Positions 33,791 to 45,790 of a stretch of 64,000 nucleotides of DNA are shown here, piece after piece. The position numbers were made by a program, and so were the translations under genes. Numbering within the stretch: position 1 is the first letter of the stretch; each line of letters starts with the position of its first letter. Under the pieces are notes generated by a model. That model ran no database searches, was not told the origin of the DNA, and worked only from the letters and a program-made list of their open reading frames with translations. The DNA comes from Podarcis filfolensis (lineage: Eukaryota), in NCBI GenBank assembly GCA_964270895.1, contig OZ185444.1, one strand, 5' to 3'.

Positions 33791-36278
33791 GCCAATTGCT
33801 GTAAATTCCATCAGCATAAACAGAAAGCAGAGGAACAGAGAATCATGCTCTCTGTGACTGACTCCTACTGTTCCTGTCCATCCCTGCGTGAGAGACAATG
33901 ACACTGTCTACCTGTCCCCTCCAAAATGCAGCTCCCTTCAAGTGCCTGTCAGAGTTTTGCAGTAGTTTGTTTTCCATAGAATCCTGTAGGATTTTCCGTA
34001 GACTTCATGCGGCTGCCATACATATGCACACATCACACCACTCAGACACATGTATGCGCTCTCTCTCTCACACACACATACACATATCCACGAAGAATTC
34101 CTGCTACGTATAGAGATTTCCTATCCTGTACCGGCCAGAGAGATGCAAGCTCCATCTCCTCCTTATTCTTGCTAAAAGGTACAACATGTGTCTGTAACAA
34201 GAGCTGGTTGCAGCAAGGGGGGGGGGGCGTTTTCACCTGGTGCTGCTGGTTTAGCCACCTGACAAGAAAACCTCTCACAAGGTAACCCCTGCAGGACACC
34301 TTTAAGAATTGCACCCATGCAACATTTCCGATGCCATTTCGCTGCTTCCTATAACCTTGGGATTACATTCGCTGATCTGAGCTTTTAAATAAAACAAAAG
34401 GAGAAACTGTTTTCTAAAGGGGGAAACCACTCTGCACATGCTCAGGGACACTCTGCCCAGAATTCCTGAAACCACTCTGTCCTTTCTCTGCCTCTAGTTA
34501 CCTCCTGCACCTAACAGGAGAACCTTCTTGTCGCGATCTGCAAGCAGCATGCCTGTGGCTTAATTCGGCAGTGTGCCTGCTTCAGTGTAAATGCTCTGTG
34601 GGCTACAGCGGCCTTAGATCCTGCTCCTCCTTCCCGCTAGCCGGGCTCCTTTCATTATCTATTCTATTCCGATCCCCCAGCTTTGTTGATCATACATTCC
34701 AGTCCAGTGACTGTTCTCCGTTCTCTCGCCTCGCCCAGGAAGGTCCCTGGGGGCCACGGCGGGGCTCATTGAACATTCCGGAGGCCTCACCGCTGCTGCC
34801 CACAACCTTGAGCTGTTCCCTTCTCATCTCGCTAGCTCCTCTCCGCTTGTTCACTTACTCACATACGCGATTTCCCTCTGCAGTACACCTGATTGCATGG
34901 GACAATTGCTTTTCCTGTGCCAGAAAATGCAATCACGCTTCTTCAGAAGGGGAGGGGGGATGAATGCAAATGTGGGGTGGGGTGGGGGGCTTGCTCATGA
35001 GAAGTGCAGTCAGGGATGGAAAAGGTCTCTCTGAACGGGTCCAGAGTCTTCTGTTTCCCATTCTTCTTTAAGTGTGCTTGGCACATATTGGGGAAGAAGG
35101 AAACAAACACACACACAAAAACCAGCGTTCCTATTTCAGATGCAAAAGGCACATCTCTCCCCCCTCCCCTTCTACAGTCTAAAAAGGGGAGCATAAGGCC
35201 ACTCGCTCCCATGCAATTGCGTGTTTGAGCCATCTGTGGGGCAATAATTGCTGCTCACCATTTCAGAAGTGCTTATTTCACAGTATGCAATGCAGGGAAA
35301 AGGCAGACTCACCAAGCTTTTTTAAAAAAAAAATGAGAAAAAAGCAGCGTAAGTTATTTGTCATATTAAATACACATTTTTCTTTATTTGACAAGTCGTC
35401 TCAAATACAGAACACCTTACATTCCAGAAAACGCTACAGGATGTCAATTGGCAGGTAGCTTGTCTCGGCTGTTTGATGACAGGATGTGTATTATGAAAAC
35501 ATGTTCTGCTTTTTTTTTTAGTGCTGAAAATGAATGCTGACACCTTTATTTCATTTCATTTTATTTGCATAAGTGAGGATTTTCTCCAGAAGCTGAAGTA
35601 TTTGTGTGACGTTAGAAATCACGGCATCTGTGATGACCATTACGAAGGGGGTGGGAGATCCAAACACAATCTCCTGAATCCTGTACAACAGATTAATTAA
35701 TAGACAATATTTGCTTGAAATTGCTGCTATGGCTGGGGATCTTTGGGAGGTTTATAATATCTCCAGCTTCCCTTTCAGGTTTCTCTGTGTTCAAGGATGG
35801 CTGTGCAGGTGCAGACGCACAACTCTTCCGCTAGTGCATTTGCCAGAAGGTGGTACATCATTAACCTTCCATTTGGGATGATCTTCCTGTTCCCCACTAA
35901 GTTTGCAAGAACCACTTTTCCCCTTGCAATTAGGAGGGAAGCTGGCTGAGGACACTAGCCCAGGTAGATCTGGGATAGGCAATTAGTGTTAGAAGGATAC
36001 TTAGGGCTGATTGACAGGATCCTTTGGGCAGAGGGTTGGGTAGCTCATTGGAAAAGAAATCACAAATTTGCTCTTTGCCATTATGATCAGTTGTTGCTTT
36101 TTACTCCAAACCAATTCTGACATATGTTTGGAAAGAATGAACAGAGAAAAATTGTTCTCTCTCAGAATAATAGAACTTGGCGTCATCCTATAACTCTCTT
36201 TGGCAGTAGTTGCAGAGGGAAAACGAAAGAAAGTTCTTCTACATGCAGTGCACAATCCACTTAAAGAATTCATTGACA

Positions 36279-36310
<32 letters not shown>

Positions 36311-38399
36311 TGTGAAGACCGCTAGCATTAATAACTTTTAAAAATAATTAGGAAAAAACATAGATCAAAGATCTACCTATGGTAGTTGACTATGGAACTG
36401 AGCTAAGCACACCCCCCAAGTTGTTTATATTCAATATTTGGCCATCACACTTTGCTTGTGTACTGTGTAGGACCATATTCTTTGAACTTGGGTCCCAGGT
36501 GTTGTATTACAACACCCATTATCCCCAATGGGGATGAATGATGGGAGTTGTAGTCCAACAACATTTGGGACACCCGCTGGCCACCCTTGCTGGGTGAGAT
36601 GGTCCTTCAACCTCATTCAGCAATGTAATTCTCATGTGCTAATCTGTCTGGATCCTAACTCTTCACTTTCCAATTCAATTTGCATTCCAAAATGTTTTCC
36701 AGGAGACCAAGGGCTGAGATATTATCTTAGCACATTTCAGGGCTGGGCTGGGACATTCATACATCTGGTGCATAGGAGCCAACTCCTTGGGGGCTGAGGT
36801 CCCTTCGACCCTCCAATAAAATACTTGACACCCCGTTGATGGGCATTCTTACTCAAATGTTGTGTACATGCCACAACGTGGGACGGGGCTTATCTCTCCC
36901 TCCCCCAATATTCTATTCAAGTTGGCACACCTGATCTGACCTCTGTGTAAAGAAACAACCAACCTCACAATAGACCCACCGCATAAAGCTGTCTCCTGAG
37001 TTAGCCCTAGGTGTGTTCATACTAATGTCAAATCAATTCCAGCCTTCACCTTGGAATTATCTGTCCTACCCTTGACAGGTCTTAGGAGGATTGCTTAAGG
37101 CCTTCTCATCTTTTTTTTTTTTTTTTTTGCTTATCAGAAGCCTCTATATTAAGCTCCACACCCATTTTGTTATTTCGGCTAAACACAGGGTGACCAATTG
37201 TATAAGAGGACTCCTGGACCTTTAACTCATTGCACAGCAGGAACAATTTTGACAGATATAGCCTGTCATTCAGCGGTATGAAAAGATTCATGTCCTGAAA
37301 TTCCTGCTTCTCTGCAGCCTTTGTATCTGATCTGGATGCCAGGAAGAGGAATTAAGTCAGTCTTGTCCTCAGGGGCAATGCTGGGTACTTAAGAGACTTA
37401 AGGGCACAGGACCCTATGCACACATTTGCATAACACTTGCATGTGTTAATGTACTATATACGTATTGATGAAAAAATTGAATTTAAACATCACAGGGATA
37501 TTATTTTCCCATCCAGATTATCCCAGGTAAATCCTTCACACAACTGCATCCCACTGCAGTTCATCCCAAATCAGTTCATCTTCCATTTATGCTCCAAAGT
37601 AACAGCCCTTCCGTTATCACCATTCATTACCCCCAAATCATAGTTAGATGACGTTAAAATAATTCATTTCTACTAAATCAATATCCTCCCCAGTAGCCAA
37701 GATCACCCCCTAATTCAGTTTCCCCAAAGTCAATCTACCCACCTATCCGGGGGAGGGGGGAGGTAATTGCCCAAACTTCACACGCCCACCCCTAGCGACA
37801 CCGCTGCTTGTCTTCAGAACTTGCAAGCCTTTTAAAAGCCTCTCAGGCACCAGGGCTTTCTCTTTAATATTTTCCTTCCCCTTCGTTTTTCTCTGCTGGG
37901 TGCATCTGTACCTTTCACGCTTTTCCTTCAAAGGAAAATAAAAATCAAGTGGGAGCTTCACATGCAACTGGTAAAGATCACGAAGGACAGAAAGTGGAAG
38001 ATGGCAAGGCAGGCAGGAAGTAAAGGGGAGGAGTAGAAACAGGTGGGTTGTGACAGATGGCTGGGAAAAGAGAGAAAGCACATGCAGAAGGAGGCTGGCA
38101 GGCGCAGATTGAGGAAGGGAAGGCGGAGAATAGCAAGGGAAAGGGAGGGGCACAATCCCAGCAGTGGGGAGGGATTACATTTCAAGTATGTGACCCCCCC
38201 CCAATGATTCTGTATATGCCTGGAAAGGCCAGAGAAGAGGAGGGCCCATGTGAATATGTGTGCGACTTTTTCTTCTCCGTCGTCGTCTTCTTCTTTTCTT
38301 AATAACATCCATCTATTTATAGCTCCTAAATTATACACCACCAACATTACTTGGAGACAAGATGTGTTATTTGGCTGCCAGCAGGGAAAGGAGAAAGGG

Positions 38400-38600
38400 G
38401 GGGGCCTGGAGCGTCACCCTGCCCGCCCGCCCCTCTTTTGCAGCAAAGTGCACCAACTGTGCGAGAGGGTCTGTAACTTCACCGAGAGAAATGGGGAGGC
38501 AAGCTCTCAGGGTCAAGGAAGGGCACACAATCCTCTTCTTTCCTTTCTCTCTTTCTGCTGTGCCGGAAGTTCGGTGTGGGCGGCTCTGAGCAGATCGCTG
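38400..38600. promoter_or_regulatory. Putative CpG-type promoter/enhancer
   Basis: ETS consensus CCGGAAGT (38563-70), GC boxes GGGCGG (38578-83) and CCCGCCCGCCC (~38420-31), GCGTCAC half-CRE, and local CpG enrichment outside any recognisable repeat. Confidence 0.5.
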
Positions 38601-38834
38601 GGTTTTATTTTGGGGTTTTTTTTCCACCCAGAAACTTTTCTCTAGGTGGCAGATCTGGTGAATGGAAGAGATGCAACACTGGAGCAACAAGAGAGTCTGT
38701 CTACGCCAGGGTCCCTCCATCTGCTGCGCTGATATAAATAAAGAGCCCAGCTGGTTGGTTCTCCTGTCTCAAGAAGACAATAGTGCCGAATGCTCAGAGA
38801 AAATAATTCCCTCTCCTCTCTGTTGCAGACATGC

Positions 38835-38974
38835 CATAGAATTGTAGAGTTGGAAGGGACCACGAGGGTCATCTAAACCAACCCCCTGCAATGCAGGAAT
38901 CTTTTGCCAAAGGTGGGGCTCGAACCCATAGCCTTGGAATTAAGAGGTCCATGCTCTACCGACTGAGCTATCCC
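38835..38974 (-). mobile_element. Squam3-like SINE (tRNA-Lys-derived head)
   Basis: Reverse strand GGGATAGCTCAGTCGGTAGAGCATGG...GGTTCGAGCCCC (A and B boxes) fused to a CR1-type tail CCTGCATTGCAGGGGG...CCTTCCAACTCTACAATTCTATG. Confidence 0.85.
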
Positions 38975-39190
38975 AAGCCGCTACCATCATTCTTCTCAAG
39001 AAACATGGGAGGGAAGGAGAAGCAAGACCTGCACTGGGAAGTCTGAATGGGCAGACTAGTATTGACAGCACACGCGCTGCGGGAAGCTGTTTTTTTTACC
39101 AAGCCCGTTGGTCCGTCTATTTATTTATTTATTAGATTAAGAAGGTGGGTTTTTTTGTTTTGTTTAATTTAATAAATATATAATATATAC

Positions 39191-39454
39191 TGTTATGTAC
39201 TGAAGTTCTCACCCTGGGCCAGCAGGGGGATACTGTAGATAGTTTTCACTCAGGTCCACATATGCAAATAAGGGATCAAAAGTGACGTTCAGTGATTGGA
39301 TAGTTACAGAAAATGGTTACTGTTGCATTCTAGTGGAGCTCTATATAAGCAGGCTGGCTGAACCCTTCAGTTCAGTTCTGTTCTGGCCTGTGAATAAACA
39401 AGAGCTGTTTGAAGAATTGCTGTGTCGTCTGATATGTTCACCCACAACTTAACA
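39191..39454 (+). mobile_element. Solo LTR, copy 2 (264 bp)
   Basis: TGTTA...TAACA termini and 5-bp TSD TATAC. Differs from copy 1 by 8 substitutions and one 6-bp indel on my manual alignment. Confidence 0.9.
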
Positions 39455-39858
39455 TATACCAACCTTCATCCATAGATCTCAGGGTGTTTCACAGTATAAA
39501 AATACAGGATAAAAACACAAAATGCAGAAGAAAAAACAAGAAGAAAAGCAAAACAATAACCCCCACTCCTCCCCCACCCCTCCCACAATCACTTTTAAAA
39601 GGATATAAGGATATTAGTCAGCCGAAGGCCTGGTTGAAGCGGAACATTTTCACCTGACGCTTAAATGGTGTATAACGAAGGTGCTAAGCAAGCATTCCAC
39701 AAACAGAAATGGCCCATTCTTGTGTTGCCACTCTTCGGAGGAGGAGGCACACAAAGAAAGGCCTCATATGATGATCACAGGGTCCAGGTAGACTGATATG
39801 GAGAGAGGTGGTCTTGGGGTATTGTGGTCCTGAGCCATATAAGGCTTTATAGGTCAAT
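39455..39858 (-). mobile_element. L2 LINE 3' fragment
   Basis: TATACCAACCTTCAT...CTCAGGGTGTTTCACA then GAAGGCCTGGTTGAAGCGGAACATTTTCACCTG...GAGGTGGTCT...GGTCCTGAGCC.TATAAGGCTTTATAGGTCA. Confidence 0.65.
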
Positions 39859-39860
39859 AT

Positions 39861-40369
39861 AAACCTAGACAGCATCTTAAAAAGCAGAGACATCAACTTG
39901 CCAACAAAGGTCCGTATAGTTAAAGCTATGGTTTTCCCAGTAGTGATGTATGGAAGTGAGAGCTGGACCATAAAGAAGGCTGATCGCCGAAGAATTGATG
40001 CTTTTGAATTATGGTACTGGAGGAGACTCTTGAAAGTCCCATGGACTGCAAGAAGATCAAACCTATCCATTCTTAAGGAAATCAGCCCTGAGTGCTCACT
40101 GGAAGGACAGATCATGAAGTTGAGGCTCCAATACTTTGGCCACCTCATGAGAAGAGAAGACTCCCTGGAAAAGACCCTGATGTTGGGAAAGATGAAGGGC
40201 ACAAGGAGAAGGGGACAACAGAGGATGAGATGGTTGGATAGTGTTCTCAAAGCTACCAGCATGAGTTTGACTAAACTGCGGGAGGCAGTGGAAGACAGGA
40301 GTGCCTGGCGTTCTCTGGTCCATCGGGTCACGAAGAATCGGACACGACTAAACGACTAAACAACAACAA
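39861..40369 (+). mobile_element. RTE-BovB LINE 3' fragment
   Basis: Open frame NLDSILKSRDINLPTKVRIVKAMVFPVVMYGSESWTIKKADRRRIDAFELW...LKLQYFGH-like (LRLQYFGHLMRREDSLEKTLMLGK)...RTRLND*, with a (CAA)n tail. Confidence 0.93.
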
Positions 40370-40394
40370 ACAATGATCTACAGTATTTAAGGCT

Positions 40395-40500
40395 TTATCT
40401 AGCTCAGTATTATCGACACTGACTGGCAGCAGCTCTCCAGGATTTCAGACAGGGTGTCTCTCCCTGCCATACCTGGAGATGAATCTGAACCTGTATTCAA
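40395..40500 (-). mobile_element. Squam2-like SINE fragment
   Basis: ATCTAGCTCAGTATTATCGACACTGACTGGCAGCAGCTCTCCAGG...CATACCTGGAGATG. Confidence 0.6.
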
Positions 40501-40896
40501 GGCTGGGAAATCTGTTTATGAGCGTTCACATACATTCCGAGTAAAATAGAAGCAGGTTCATTTATCTTTACATCACTGCATTGATGCAATATGTGTTACA
40601 GGCACGTTCACCAAAATAATAGGGGAACATAACAAGCAAACAAAATAAATGAGGTGGGGGAGAATCATTTAGTTGTAGAAGTACCCTTTGAAAGAACAGG
40701 CATTGAAAGATGAGACATGTATTCCTCTGCTAAGAAGCCAGCTCCCTTCCTCTGTGTCATCTGGCAGTAGCACCAAGCCCTGGCAGAAGGGAGAAGGGGA
40801 ACAGAGCCATTCCATCGACTCAGGTTTCTGTGCCTCCTCACTTCAAACTGTTTCCATTCTAGCTGGTTGTTACAAGAACTTTATAACTAAGAACTA

Positions 40897-41122
40897 CAGT
40901 GGTACCTTGGGTTACAGACGCTTCAGGTTACAGACTCTGCTAACCCAGAAATAGTACCTCGGGTTAAGAACTTTGCTTCAGGATGAGAACAGAAATCGCG
41001 CAGCAGTGGCGTGGTGGCAGTGGGAGGCCCCATTAGCTAAAATGGTACCTCAGGTTAAGAACAGTTTCAGGTTAAGAACGGACCTCCAGAACGAGTTAAG
41101 TTCTTATCCTGAGGTACCACTG
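40897..41122. mobile_element. Tc1/mariner MITE, same family as 31121 but inverted
   Basis: CAGTGGTACC...GAGGTACCACTG TIRs and TA TSDs. Confidence 0.9.
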
Positions 41123-41511
41123 TAGTCCCTGTGTTTGTTCCCCTCTCCCGGCTCACCTCCCCCATTCCCATTTTCTTTTGGGTCATGTCTTTCTGATTTT
41201 AATCATGGAAGGAGCAACTGTCTTATTACTGATATTTGTTAAGCCACTCTGAGAGCCTTTTTCTGTTGCCGAGCAGGGTTTTAAGAAATGCTTCAAATAA
41301 ATAAATTAAATATGAGATCGACATAGCAAGGTTCTGTAATGTTACTATAATTTCCTTTTTACTCACTTTCTCATAGACTATCAAGGATACTGGCAAAGGA
41401 AGTTCTCTGTCAGTCTGGTATCTCTCATTGTGCCTCTAGTTTGCTTCCAACTTTGTGATATTGTGATAGTTGGCTTTGAGTGATAACATCATCCATTCTT
41501 CTGATGCATGA

Positions 41512-41977
41512 TCAATAAAGGATCATATTCATAACAACAACCAGTGCTTGGAGTACAGATTTAATTTGCTGACTGTTCAATTGGCTATTAAAAGTACTGA
41601 TGTGCTCAGCCATTTTTTGTCCAATCACTCTTGCAACATGAATCGGGGTTTGTATATTTTCAGTGTAATATTCTCTAGGAACTTTATTTACCATGTTACG
41701 TGTGTGTGTGCTTTCTTCCTGAATGTTTCGCAATATTTTTTGGCAAATCTGAAATAACCCTTTCACACAGCCAGTTATGGACTCATTATAAGGGTCTTGA
41801 CTGTAGGTTCTCAGCAGTTCTGTGATCTGTGCTTTGTACATTTCAGTAAGTGCCTCCATTTTGAATAAGAAGTGTGTTTCATGCACTCTCATCATAGTAT
41901 CTTCCATACAGTGTATTGCGTCAATAAAAGCTACCCCTTCAAACATAATAACTGTTCTGTTCATGAAATCACTTGCC
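41512..41977 (-). CDS. Candidate coding exon or relic of unknown family (150-aa ORF)
   Basis: Open frame MNRTVIMFEGVAFIDAIHC...QALVVVMNMILY in AT-rich DNA with protein-like composition. Plausible acceptor TTTATTTGGTTTCACAACCAG ends just upstream (exon start 41977). No family recognised. Confidence 0.35.
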
Positions 41978-42612
41978 CTGGTTGTGAAACCAAATAAACA
42001 TTATGTATGATATTTCACTTCCAAGGTGGTTGTTTCACCAAAGAGCAGCATGGGGATTAATTTGCCATTTTGTGGTTCAGTCACACACAGTTAGACCATC
42101 CTGTCTACACCAAAAGCTGGAACATTTAGATTCTAATTGTGTATTGTGAGCTAAAGCCGAACATTTGCAGCAAAACATATATCTTATTTTGTTGTGTGCG
42201 TAAACTTGGACCAGATCAATAGTTGCTCATTTATGTCCCCTTCTGCCTGTTTTTCTTGTTCCTTGCAGCTTAATAAAGTTGTAGAGCAATGCACATTTTC
42301 ATGCAACATAGCTTTCCTCGAAGAAATGTGTTTTCCATTCCATTGTGGCCTTCATGAAGGTTATTTAGATCAATGTATGTGGGTAGCTCGTCAATATTTT
42401 TAATTCTGTGAGAAAACACTAACGAGGTATCATTTAATAATTGGTCAGTGAATCTATTTAGGGGAGGGGTGGCTGTGAGAAAGAACTTGACTTATCTAGA
42501 CCTGGTCATTGTATCTATGATTTGCTTCCATTTCGAAGGGTTAGGACATTGTATCAGGTGAGTGCACCTGTAAAGAAAACAAGGAAAGCAGACACAAATT
42601 ATAGCATGATTA

Positions 42613-42862
42613 CAGTCGTACCTTGTTTTCCGAACAGCTTAGTTCTCGAATGTTTTGTTTCCTAAACACCGCAAACCTGGAAGTGACTGTTCCGGTTTGC
42701 AAACTATTTTTGGAAGCCAAACGTCCAATGGGGCTTCCGCGGCTTCTGATTGGCTTCAGGAGCTTCCTGCGGCCAATCAGAAGCCACGCTTTGGTTTCCA
42801 AACACTTTGGAAGTCAAATGGACTTTCAGTATGGATTCTGTTCGACTTCCAAGGTACGACTG
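42613..42862. mobile_element. Tc1/mariner MITE
   Basis: Perfect 13-bp TIR CAGTCGTACCTTG / CAAGGTACGACTG and TA TSDs. Confidence 0.9.
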
Positions 42863-44114
42863 TATTTTAAATGGATTGGATCCATACTGAATTAGTTGCA
42901 CTTGGGTTCTATTGAGTAAGTCACAACTAACTTTCACATTGACCTCAATATAATTGTAATGCAATGAACTTAATCCAAATCCAGCCCATTGTATTGAAAC
43001 AATATGTATTTTAATGTTCAGTGATTCCTTGACCGCAAAAACTACAGAAATGACACCACGCATACTCTCATACATTAGTTGGTCAGGTTCAGATATGGGA
43101 AAAAGTGACATTTTTATGTCGCAGCCATCTTGGAATCAGTACATTTCCCAATAGGATTCTACATATGTAATGGCCAGTAAAGTTGGTATCCTGCAGAAAG
43201 AAAGTAGCCCTTCTTATCATATCTCGCAGCAGGTGTAGAACCCAAGCAAAGCTCCAAGATGTTGACCGGGCCATATTGCTTGTTTACTTTGGGTGAGAAG
43301 ATTGAGAAGAATGCCCAGCCATGTGATTGAAGAGCTTTGGAGACTCAAATGACAATCTCACAGATTTAAAGAAAAGTCTCATAAATTTAAAGATCATGGA
43401 TTTAAAGACAGCTGCTTTCTCGTGCTGTACTTAAATGTAATTCTTAACTGTCATATTCCTGCAATTGTTACACACACAAACACACAACTCCTTAAAGCAA
43501 CTAGAGTGTTCTTGAAATTAGAGATCTCTGGGAAACTTATTTGCAGAAGATGAGCTGGTTTCTACGTGGGTGAGGCTGTTGTTGTGAGGACTCAAGAGAA
43601 GGAAAATCTCTTTGTTACTAAGCAGGGATCTGAGGGCCGTCGTCATGGGAGAAGCCAAAAAATTCCATACAAGGAAGAACTGTTTGCCTGCAGCCATGCC
43701 ACCTCTGCTGCGATCCTGTCAGATGTTGCAAAAGCAAAACCAGCATGTCTGGTCAGTATTTAAATAAGATTTTCCCAAGGTGAAATGATTCATTGTGTTG
43801 CAGGATGCAAAGTTACCTACCAAAGCTCACTCTTGCAATCTCCTTGCTGTTTGCTATGTTGAGATAATCTCTCAACTGACCTGCCTCACAGAGTTAGGAA
43901 AACCATCTACACTTTCTCAAACTCCTCAACAGAAGGGTTCTATTTATAAATAGAATAAATATAAATAGAACAAATACCTAAATAAAAATAAGTAATTGCT
44001 GCAAGGTACAACATCAGAGTGTGCAGTGGACTTGAGCTGAAGTCATCTGGCAAGATCAGTGACTCTTAGATACCTATGTCATTTTGGGTTGATTCAAACA
44101 TTATCCATATGCTC

Positions 44115-44295
44115 CTAGGAAGTTGTCTTATGCAGAGTCAGATCATTGGTCTATCTACCTGAGTATTGCCTAAACTGAGGTTCTCCAGGTTTTTCAGCAG
44201 GAGACATTTTGAGCCCTTTCTGGAGATGCTGAGAATTGAACCTGGGATGTTCTGCATGTAACACAGAAGGCTACACCACTGAGCTATGGCCCTTT
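44115..44295 (-). mobile_element. Squam2-like tRNA SINE
   Basis: Reverse strand GGGCCATAGCTCAGTGGTGTAGCCTTCTGTGTTACATGCAGAACATCCCAGGTTCAATTCTCAGCATCTCCAG plus tail. Confidence 0.7.
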
Positions 44296-45099
44296 CCACT
44301 AACTATGTCTCTCCTTTGCAATCCAGAAGCCCATTCAGCATGGTCTGGTTGCATGCTGCTCCTTTCACGTCAGGTGGGTCCAGAGAGACAAACAACCCCT
44401 CGTGGTGACAGTGGCAAAGGAAAATGCCATGTCACCTTAATCCCTCCATATAGTGGAACATGTTGGACAGGGCTCTGCTGAAGCAGCTGCCACAGTCAAG
44501 GCAGCATTTAAATATGGCCCTATTATGATACATATCTGATCTAACAGATTTGGAGCACCATACCACTCCTTCACAGTTACCTACTTCACAGTCTCCACCA
44601 TGCCAGGCCAGATTGTCATTCAGCTTGAGACTGCAGTGTGATTCATGCTTTATGCTGCTTCGTGATATCTACATGCAAACCTCCTATGCAGGCAGCTTAT
44701 CAGTTTTAGGGTGCGAATCCTTTTGAAGAGCCAATGCACAGTGATTAAGATAAATTCTGGGCATTATTGTTTTCTGAATTTGAACAAAGGAATGCCTCCA
44801 CAGCTAGGATTCAATATAGAGGCAAAGCAACATTCTCCCAGGATTAAGTACTCACTCTTTGAGAGATCTGTGTGTACAATTCTGATGGGATCATTTGATT
44901 GCCACTGAAATTTACCTATGTTGTCAGAAGGAACAGATCTCACAGAGTGTCAGGGCTGGGTCATGGGAAGTAGTTTGGGGAAAGCCAGGAAGTGAGATCC
45001 CAAACTGGAAGGGGCACTAGGATTCAAAGGCAACATGGAGGCAGTGCCAGGTGTCCTGGGTTCCAGACATAACAAGCCAGGAGTCTTGGGGGAGGCTCA

Positions 45100-45275
45100 T
45101 CGTTCAGTGGTGGAATATCTACTTGGTTTGTAGAAGGACCTAGGTTCAGTCTCCAAAATAAGGCAGGAAGAGACCCGCATCTGAAACCTGGGAGAACTGC
45201 TGCTAGTCAGAGTGTAGACAATACAGAGCTAGATGGACCAGTGATCTGATTTGGTACAAGAAAGCATCACATGCT
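45100..45275 (+). mobile_element. Squam2-like tRNA SINE
   Basis: TCAGTGGTGGAATATC...GAAGGACCTAGGTTCAGTC...GTCAGAGTGTAGACAATACAGAGCTAGATGGACC. Confidence 0.7.
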
Positions 45276-45702
45276 CCTGTGAATCAAGACCAAAGATCAA
45301 TCAGGAGCAGAAGGCAACTCAGAAGGCAAGATCGGAGGACAAGTGAGGAGTGAGGACCAAATAATAATCCAGATCAGACAGCAAACTAGAGCGCAGGAAT
45401 GGAGAACAAGGCACAGGTCAGAACCGAGGATCATGATCAGAAATGCAAGACACACTAGAGCTTGTGTGGACATTGTGCCAGCAAAACTCAGCTTGGAAAA
45501 GAAGTGCTCATCTACTCCTTCCTGCCCAGGAAGAACCAAGGGCCAGCATAGGTGGAAGAAGCCAGGCCAGATCTACAAAGCTCATCCCCAAGAGGCTGCA
45601 GTTATGGAGCTTACCACATGAGGCAGTGGTTAACAGTTCCCAACATACAAGGATCCAAGCAAGGCTTCAAGGAGCAAGGAAGAGGACACAGCATTGCAAT
45701 TA

Positions 45703-45704
<2 letters not shown>

Positions 45705-45788
<84 letters not shown>
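45705..45788. repeat. Compound (TA)n(CA)n microsatellite
   Basis: Visible in the sequence. Confidence 0.95.

Positions 45789-45790
<2 letters not shown>

Noticed and set aside
35305-35345. Possible 4-nt microexon (T-tract, AAAAAAG|CTTG|GTGAGT on the minus strand)
   Set aside because: The purine run before the AG and the frame-shifting length make it unlikely without transcript data.
38905-38974. tRNA-Lys gene
   Set aside because: The acceptor stem and anticodon arm are disrupted and the head is fused directly to a CR1-type tail, so it is a SINE.
21759-39454. The two LTRs as the 5' and 3' ends of one 17.7-kb provirus
   Set aside because: Each LTR has its own complete and different TSD. The interval has no pol or env ORF, and the gag relics are far more decayed than the LTRs.
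39684-40331. 215-aa minus-strand ORF
   Set aside because: Antisense shadow of the BovB RT frame, a common artefact of this element.
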